From Octopus bimaculoides (Eukaryota), in the NCBI RefSeq assembly GCF_001194135.2, contig NC_069002.1, positions 36,690,891 through 36,730,887 on the forward strand: 39,997 nt of DNA, in the 5' to 3' direction. Position numbers and translations under genes: made by a program. Below the pieces are notes generated by a model. That model ran no database searches and was not told the origin of the DNA. It saw nothing but the letters and a program-made list of their open reading frames with translations. Below are positions 22,573-32,700 of the stretch, one piece after another; position 1 is the stretch's first letter; each line of letters begins with the position of its first letter.

Positions 22573-25500
22573 GAGATGACAAAAAGTCACTGACTTCTGA
22601 CTGGTCTGAGGTCAGTATAGTGTTATGACATTACAACAAAAATTAATGAGTTAATAGTTTAGCATAAAACATGCATATTAGAAGTCTAACATCTGAAAAA
22701 GACATATCATGACTAATTCTAATGAAATATAATGCCTGTGTGCTTCAATTTTCTGAAAATAATTAAGAATTCAGGAAGATTTAATAAATAGCACATTTTT
22801 TTTTCACAGGTGTTTGGCGTGTAACTTAACGCCATAACATTCAAATGAAATGCTTATCTATTCAAATTGTTTTAAATTGATCATGCATTATCTTGTAGTT
22901 TTAAGATTGTGGTGATGTGATTCTTTATTTTTAGGATGACATTGTAGGGTAGGTGTGAGAGGTCAGATCCAGCCAGATTGGACATGAAACCGGTAGAATA
23001 TTTAGGCCGGATAAAGCCAGTTTGAATGCTGAAAGGTCAAAAGGTGCTTACATAAAATTATGATGGAAGCATTTCTAATCCTGAACACTTTAAAAGAGAA
23101 CAGTTTTGTATCATAGAACAAGAAGTGGCCAAAGCAAGTTGGTATCGAAAGATTAACCGTTAGCTTACAGCTTATCACATCAAGCAGTTATCTCATAGCA
23201 AAGATTAACCTTTCAGCAGTCAGATTGTTCTGTCAAATGTAATCCTTATTCATTTACATTGCTTTGAATTAATCATCATTAACTTATAGCCTCAAGATCT
23301 CAATGCTGTGATTGTTTATTTTTCGAATACCTTTGTAGGGTTGGTGTAAGAAACCAGATTTAGACAATTTGAACAAAAAGTAGAATATGGGGTCCAGATA
23401 TGGGTTAAGGGTTAGTCTGTGTAAGTGACATATCACATAGCAAGGGTTAAGGGTTAGTCTGTAGCTCATTACAAGTGGCATACTACATTTTAGATAGATT
23501 AAAGGTTTAGTTACATAAATGACAGAACTATCACATAAAACTGATTTCTTTATTTCCTACACAACAAATAACATTCCCTGTAACAACAATATCAAACATT
23601 AGCTTCTCCTCTCCACCACCACCACCTGCCAGGGGTCTTTGTTTCCTTTATTTAAAAAGGGAGTCACAACTATGTGCCCTGGGACCGTTCAGTAGAGTGT
23701 ACAGTGAATGTAGCGCAAGTTATAATATGGTAACTTGGAACCTATGCAAACTGTAGTGTAGTAACAGTTATTGATGATGTTGATGTTTAATCTGAGATCA
23801 AATCTAATGGAGAAGAATTGTAACCAAAGGCACTCCAACAGTGAACCTCCCACCTCTTTTAAAGCTATCTAGGGCTAAATTATCTGGGTTTTCCTTTTTT
23901 TTTCTTGTTTTAAGGTGGTGGAGTGTTGAGAGATTCATTTTCATTTTTTTATTTTTTTATTTTATCTAGTTTCAGCTCATGAACTGTGGCCATGCTGGGG
24001 CACCGCCATTAATAATACACTTAATTTATCGACCCTGAAAGCGAAGTCGACCTCGGCAGAATTTGAACTCAGAACGTAAAGACAGACGAAATGCCGCTAA
24101 GCATCTTGCCCGGCGGGCTAATGTTCCTGCCGCTTCATCTTCTATCATTTACTTGTTTCATTAAACTACAACCACCTTGAAAAATATTTAGTTGAATGTA
24201 TTGATCCCCAACACTTATTTTGTTTTTAAAGCCTGATACTAATTCCATCAGTCTCTTTTGCTGAACCACTAAGTTATGGGGACATAAACACACCAACACC
24301 AGTTGTCAAAGTGGTGGGAACAAGCACATACACAAAGACACACACCCACCCATACATGTATATATAACGGGCTTCTTTCAGTTTCCGTCTACCAAATCCA
24401 CTCACAAGCTTTGATTGGCCCAAGGCTATAGTAGAAGACGCTTCCCCAAGGTAACATGCAGTGGGACTGAACTCAGTACTATGTGGCTGGGAAGCATGCC
24501 TGCACTTGTATTCGTACCACACAGCCACACCTGCAGCTATATTTGGCTGCTATTTTTAGTAAAGTGAACAACCATATAGAGGTATCATTGCTTGCTAGAG
24601 TTATAGTGGGGGGGGGGGTATATGTATGTATGCATGCATGTGTGTACATATGCGCCACAACACTACAGCTCACTCCAGTAAGCTGTACAGTGTGCGAGTG
24701 AGCTGTAGTGCCGTAGCACAAATGGTGAAAGGTTGTTGAATGGTGAAAGATTGGAGAATGGCCATGTTGTAAAAGATGTATAATGTAGCAGCCAGGACAT
24801 GTAAAGGGTGTAGTGTGACAGTATGAACATGTGGAGAGTGTTGTAGAATAGAGGTCAGCAGACAACTGCTTGGCGTTTAACAAGTGGTGAAAGTTGCAGT
24901 ATAGAGAGAGATTTTTGTTATCTGTAGAGTGCCATATGGTGGGAGCCAGGGTGCGGACTACACTGGACAGACAGATGGGGGGACACACACACACACAACC
25001 AAAACATTTTCGTATCCTGATATCTGTGGATTAGAGACTATTGTTACAGCTACAGTACATCTAGAAATAGAGATAAAAACAGTAGGACCCAACACCTCTT
25101 CTGAACAGAAGACAGGACAAGCTGATCATGCATGCATGCGCACACACACCATTTTACAGTTCCAGTATCATTTACAAGAGCCAACTATTCCACTTATTTA
25201 CAGCTAAGTGAACTGAGCCATTTATCACAGGTAGAGAACAAAGACAAATCATCTCAACCATCAACAAAAATGATATATAAAAGACAAGCTGATGAAGAAA
25301 AGTTTTGTATCGGTGCTTTAGGATCTGCAGAACCCTGAGGTTCACAATTAAAGTAGAGCAAGTCCAGGAATTGAGTTCAAAATCTGTTGAGGAGACAGAA
25401 TTTTCAAAAGCCTAGAATCTATGTAAAAAAAAAAATCATTTAAATATTAAAAAAAAAATGAGCTTTGACAGTGAAAAAGTTGGGAAGTACTGTTCTACAC

Positions 25501-28500
25501 AGTCTCTCAGCTTGCAAGAAATAATAGACAAACATCCCTCAAATCACACATTACTATCTAAAACACACAACTGCGATAAAATAAGTAACACCGATAGAAT
25601 AAGTACCAGGCTTACAAAGAATAAATCTTGGGGTCAATTTGTTCGAATAAAGGCAGTGCTCCAGCATGGCTGCAGTCACATGACTGAAACAAGTAAAACA
25701 ATAAAAAACTATGCCATTTTAATCCCAAGCAACGCCAGGTATCTCTGCTAGTAAATAATAATAATAATAATAATAATAATAATTGTTTCTAACATAGGCA
25801 AAAGGCCAGAATTTCTTTCAGGAGATGGTAAGTATCTTACTAATATCTTATCGACCCTGGAGGAATGAAAGGCAAAGTTGACCATGATAGGGTTTGAACT
25901 CAGAATATAAAGGAGCCAGAACAAATACCACACAGCATTTGTCTGATACTCCAACAATCCTGCTGACTCGTGGGGGGGGAGGGAGTGGAAGAGTCATTAG
26001 GGAGTCAAACAAAATGCTGTGCAGTTTTTAGTTGTGGTCATTTACATTCTAGTTCAAATCCCTCCAAAGTCAACTTTGTTTTCCATGCCCCTGAGGTGGA
26101 GTGGAGTGATAAAAAAGTACCAGTCGTATACTGGTATTAGTAAAAAAAAAACTATTTCCCTCCTACAAATTTTGAGGCCTATTTTATCAACTCCAGAAGG
26201 AAACAAAGTCTACCACAATGGGAAATGAATGCAGATCATTAATGAGTCATAACTAAATACCACAAGAATACCAATAAAATCATCAGCAATTAAAAACGAA
26301 AAGCACCCACTACACTCTCGGAGTGGTTGGCGTTAGGAAGGGCTTCCAGCTGTAGAAACTCTGCCAGATTAGATTGGAGCCTGGTGTAGTCATCTGGTTC
26401 ACCAGTCCTCAGTCAAATCACCCAACCCATGCTAGCATGGAAAGTGGACGTTAAACGATGATGATGAAACTAAAACTAGTGTGATTATTTTAAAATCTGC
26501 TAAAATTGCTGCTTTAACCCATTAAGGGTTGTGGCTTATTGACACAACATGCTTTCTTCCACAGAGGACGGGTGTGGTTTATCAACACACTGCTACATTT
26601 GCATTATAAAGTATTTGATTAATTATCATCTTGTATTTTTGTTTTTTTCTTTTCCTTTTTTTTGTGTCCCACACAAAAAGACTTGCTATTTATACCCAGC
26701 CTTAAAGGGTTAGGATATGACTTTATGAGACACTTTTAAGAAAACAAGAGATGGCCCAGAATGGATGAGGGGCTTGACTTAAAAAAGGAAAAAAACATTT
26801 TTATACGATAGCTTTGTCTTTAGAAATTTTGCTCTGCAATAAAAATATTGCGAATTTTCTTTTGAGAAAAAAAATACACAAATCACTATTTTCCAAAAAA
26901 ATATTCTCTTTTATTATTCCATATAAAAGTATAAAATATATAATAAAAATCTCTTATTTATCTCAAAGGGGTTAGATCTGTTTATCAGAAAAAGTATTTT
27001 GTTATTTGTTTTAAATAAAAAAATTGTTTCTAAATTCCTATAAAAAAAGGAAAAAAAAAAACTGATTTTACTCAGAGAATAAAAAAGTTGATCATCTTTT
27101 TTAAAAAAAAGTTGGTGAGATTTTTCTAACCTGCAAAAAGAAAAGATGTCTGTGTAAAAGTATTGAAATGAAAGAATTACTAAACTACCAGAACTATGGT
27201 GGGAAACTGGCATTTATGGAAGAAAATAACAGTAATAATAGTCAAGTTTCATTCAGATTAAGCTTTTCCAATCTATCAGCTGTACGTTTAGAGATGAAAA
27301 ATGTTTAAATATTTACATCTACTCAGTGTTTCAAACGGTTTGATCTCTGACCATAGTCATCATCAGGTGCCATATTCCTGGATGTGTACACTATCCTAAA
27401 CTGTTTTGAACTAAGGAACCATTATTTCTAAACTAACACTAACAATTATATTGGAGGGGATAAGTCAATTACATTGACCCCAGCAATCCCAGTTAGGTTG
27501 GCATGAAAACAGTTTAATAATGAAAGGACATATTAGGTAATGCAATCCAACAGAGGTCAAATAAGACAGGATGGTCACAGCTAGAATGTTTTTGGTCATA
27601 GATCTGTGATCTGTTCAATTAAGCTTGACCTGGGCTACACAATAACATATTGCACAATAACATCCACAATATACAAAAGGATGAGATTATCGTTTATTAC
27701 CCAGGAAGCTTACTAGAAATAGTTGTCAGTTGGTGTTGTGAAAGTGTAGTAACCAGGGTATAGGAATGGGGTGGAACCAGTTTAGGGAACTATTTTTTGT
27801 CTGTGTTAAGGATAGACAGTGCATATGTAAGAAATGCAATATTGCATGAGAGTAAAACATGATGCAGAAGATGTGCAATGACTGGAAAGAATTGCATGCA
27901 TGAGTGACAGAAAAAAATGAGCATTGGGCCATCGGGTGCAAGAGAGGGTGACAGTGATGGTACAGATATGTGATGTATATGAAGGATGAGAGTTAAATGA
28001 TGAAGTGCTAAGAAATCCAATTGAAAAGGGATGCTGAGGAAGGTTTAGAAAGAAACGGTAAATGCTGAAGTTGGGATACTGGATATTGCAAAGATGAGAA
28101 GGAACAATAACAAACAGCAAGATACTGTGTTGAGATGGACTCTTCAATCTATGGAGAAACAGGCGTAAAATGATGATGATGATGGCAATATCAATCAATG
28201 ATCAATCACAAAACTTTAGGTATTGAACTTTTGCTAATTTCAGTATCTCTATTTCTTTATGAGTAAATTTAGATCAGTGGTTGTCAACCAGATTCCATAA
28301 GGACCTTTGGGGTCCATATATAAAAGTTTGTTGTTAAAATTTGTGTGCAATAAATTGGTTTTATATACTCTCACAGTGCACAAAATATTTAAACAATTTT
28401 TTCACACAATTCCAAATAATGTGTCTCTTTCTGTCTGTGTTTTTGTCCCACCCTACCCACTGCTTGGCAACTAGTGTTTGTTTGTTTATGTTCCCATAAG

Positions 28501-29669
28501 TTAGCAATTTGGCAAAAGGAGACTAATAGAATAAGCACCAGGCTTAAAAACAAAAGTAATACTAGGGTTGATTCATTCAACTAAAAGTTCTTCAAGACAA
28601 TGCCCCAGCACGGCCACAGTCTAATGACTGAGACAGATAACAGAGAAAAGAAGGGTAAGCAACAGAAAAAAAACACCCACCCTGAATATTGTCTCAATAA
28701 GTCTCATCCAACCCAGGAGACCATAAAAAAAGGTAGAAGTAAAAACAATGATGCTCATGATGATGATGATGTGAATATCTCCCCTCGTCCCCAAAGGAGC
28801 AGCTAAGAAACTCACTGTTTCCTCTGGTTTTCTGGCTTAACTAAATGAGAGATACATCTCTCCAAAAGTGTACCTCTGATCAGTCTATCGCAGATAACTT
28901 TCCCAGATAATCTGCTATATATATAATCCCTGACAGTCAGCTGATCAGAAGCATTGCCGAATAAAGTGTTCTGCCTCAGAAACACACCAGAAAACTATTG
29001 TGAATTTGAAATATAAGTATGGGCAAGAAGGTTGGTTGTTGGACAATCCAATAAGTCAGATACTCAGCCAGGTCACTTCCACTGGAGTAGAATAGCTTAG
29101 GGTGGAGACAAAAGTAAAGGAGTTAGACATAAAATACAGTGGGGGGGGGGGTTACTGTGGTGGTCTTAGAGGAAGCTGTGTATACTGTGTTAGAAACAGA
29201 GAACGAAAGAGAGTTGCTGCTCAGGGAGAGATAATCGTTTCTAAACATATCAATTTTTTTATCTTCTGTGGAGAATTTTTTTTTTTTTTTTTTGCAAAGA
29301 ATGAAAAGGGCATACATCTTATTGCAGATAATTCTTTTATTATTATTTTTTTAATTATCATCGTAGTTTTTACTGTGTGTACCAAGTGCTTTTTCCTGAA
29401 ACTGCCACTGTTTTATTTTATATTAATAATCTAATTAAACATAAATGAAAGCAATTTGAAGTATAAAAGCAAACCCTAACAGCAAACGCAGACACACACA
29501 CACACTTATAACATAACACAACACACACACACACATATATATATATACACACACACGGCAGCCAGCAACATAGAAAGGTTAAAGACTTACCAATACATAT
29601 CTCAACACATGGTTCTTCACCAGAAAGATCTATAAAAATAAACAAAACATATCTATATATATAATATAA

Positions 29670-29715
<46 letters not shown>

Positions 29716-32700
29716 AATTACATATATTTGTGTATGCATGTATAAATATTTATTTGCATTTGTGCATGAATATACATGTATACATGTTAATGCATATAGC
29801 TGAACTTTTGTTTTCCCTCTCAACCCTTTCTGTCAAAGAGCATAGGTTCAAAACGCCAAAGACTTTCTCATTTTCCCAAGCATTAAACTAATACACCTGC
29901 TTGTTGTTCTATCAACTGTCTTCATCTTTTGTTTTCTGTAAATTTGAATTATATATATATAAGCATATATATTTATGTATATAATATTTATATGCATGTG
30001 CAGATTCATATAAATATATATATATATTATCATAATCATTTAAGGTTTGTTTTCCATGCTGGTATGGGTTGAGCAGTTTGATAGAATTCAACAAGCCACA
30101 GGACTGCGCCAAGCACAAATGTTAGATTTGGAAGGGTTTTTATGACCTTCAAGGCAATGCCTATGAAGAACGGTAGATGGTTAAAAAGTGACACAGTGCT
30201 GACAGTGGAACATACAAATGAAAGTGGTGAGGTCTGATCGACAGACGCTAGGCCTCTCTTTTGTGGATTCCAACACATGGCAAGATGCTGTGTTGAAACA
30301 GTCCTGTCCTACCTGTATCAGCATGGAAAAGAGGTCATAGAAAGGTGTTAATAATAGTGACATATACATGTTAGTAAATAGAAAACTTTCAGAGCATTAT
30401 TCATAAAACGTTTCCACTATCCACCCACGAGAACCATAAACTGTTCAACAGAAACAACATAAAGGTTAGCTACAGTTGTATGATAAACAATGCCAAGCTG
30501 ACAGATTGAAGCAGCAAACCTGACTCACAACCAGAATGAAACAGCAGCAACACAATAACACTGGGCCAGAACTAAACTTGAACACAAAATATTGCTTACC
30601 TGGAGTGTTGGTGGAGCATGTATCTTGTTGAGGCATTCTATCAAGTGGATCATGACCTGTTTTGCTAACCAACTGTTCGCGTAAACTTTGCAGCTGCATT
30701 TTGAGACACTCATAACTCGCAATATGCAATGTCTGAATCCACTGATCTCTCTGTTCTTCTGTGCGTGTGGCAAAATGGACAGGATTCTCATCTCCTTCAT
30801 ACACTGCAAATAGAAAAAAAAAAAGAATTATTTGGCATTAGGAGGGGACATCCAGCTGTAGAAACCATCCCAAAACAAACTATGGAATCAGGTGCAGCCC
30901 CTGACCTTGTCAGTTCCTGTCAAACCGTCCAACCCATGCCAGCATGGGAAACAGATGTTAAATGATGATGATGATGATGATGATGATATTCAAATATAAT
31001 TTTTATAAGTTTCCTTTGCTGGCCTTGTACCAAAATTTGAAACCAATATTAATTGATGGTAGCAATTTTCAGTTCATAACATGTGCAGAGGAAGTGGAAT
31101 GTTATGTAGAAGTCAGGACGTGTTGTGTTGAGGGCAGTGTGACATTGATGGACATGGAGTGAAGTGTGGCCATCACATCATGCTGTACAGAGTGAGGTGT
31201 GACATTCTAGGTATACTGAGTGGAATGAAGTAGGATAATCAAAATATGTTGAGTGAAGTGTAGCCATGAGGTCAAGCAATATCTAGTTTACTGTCCAGTC
31301 TGTTTGTGTGTGTATGTGTTCATTACTTAAGTTTACCAGAGCCACCTATTTTACATTTAGCATAAATATAGATGAATTCTTAAAACACCAACAGAAAATG
31401 GCTGTGATAGATCAAAACATGGAATTAACAAACATGGTAATGGTGACAGAAAGACAGGAAAATGACCATGTCATAGCGTTCCAGGAACTTGAAAATAAAA
31501 ACTACTTACCTAGCATAAATCCATGTAAGTTTTCATCATCTGTGTCTAATTCTACTGTACATCTTTCAATAATCAACACACCCAATGGATCTGTGTTCTG
31601 CAATGAAAAAAAACAGCTATATTATATTACACTGAAATCATGAATAATGCTGTACTCCAGCATTGTTGCTAACCAATTGCTGAAACCCGTAAGAGAGTAA
31701 AAGATTATGCATTTACTAGTATACCCATGTCAGCAAAAATGCCAACGGCTTTATTAAGGATAGAAAATGGCACATCAACACAATAGGGAAACCAATAATA
31801 AATGGTGGTGGTGGTGGTGGTGGTGGTTGTGTGCGTGCGTGTGTCTTTGTCTTGATATCACAAAAATACTTGTGAAACGACTGTCCTTCATTTCCACTTT
31901 TCTGCAAGAACATGTCTGGCCAAGGGAAAATGTTACCTTACTTGCAAACAGGTGAGGGTAGCAACAGAGAGAACATCGAGCCTCAATAAACTCCATCTGA
32001 TCCATGCTGGCATGGAAAAATGGACATTAAAATGACAGGAAAAAAACATAAAATGGTGAATTACTTACTGTGAACTCTTTACTCTTGAAATAAAACAGCA
32101 TATTCCCCTTTAGTCTGCAGAATCTTTCCACAAAAGCTGCCAAAGATAATAATAATAATAATAATAATAATAAAATTATCAAATTTAAATAAACATACAA
32201 CTACATGAATGTTTATACATATGCATGCGTTATCATACTTTCATACAAGCTTCTTGCATCATTCTATATTTTTGAGACGAGGAATTATGTCCATTATTTA
32301 CAATGGATGGATAGGTGTCCCCATCTTGTTTGTTGCTACCACAATGTTTCAGCTGGTGTACTCTCCAGCCTTCATCAGGTGTTCTGGTGGAATTTCAAAT
32401 CCCAAGCCTTTATTTGACTAACAGGGTACACTGTTCTCACTCTATAATTGCCCACAGGCATATAGCATAGTGGATAAGAGCACGGGTTACTAACCCTCAG
32501 ATTCTAAGTTCAATCCCAGGAAGGACTTGAAAAATAATATCAACGGCAAAATAACATCAGCAACATACCTTTGGAATGAGAACAGTGTACCCCATTAGTC
32601 AAATAAAGGGTTGGGTTCGAAATTCCACCAAAACACCTGATGAAGGCTGGAGATTACATCAGCAGAAACGTGATAACAATAAACAAGATGGGGACACTTG

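Noticed and set aside
23403-23462. GGGTTAAGGGTTAG duplicated, resembling telomeric TTAGGG
   Set aside because: There are only two short units, adjoining the piggyBac-type MITE end (GGG|TTAA). This is a local duplication, not an interstitial telomere.
27712-27941. Donor-like gtaagc at ~27712 with upstream ORFs as a possible extra exon in intron 5
   Set aside because: Exons 5 and 6 already join in frame and match the homolog contiguously. There is no convincing acceptor or motif.
32457-32520. tRNA-like sequences (also 39420-39492) as tRNA genes
   Set aside because: They lack a proper acceptor stem and poly-T terminator and run into repeat bodies; they are SINE heads.
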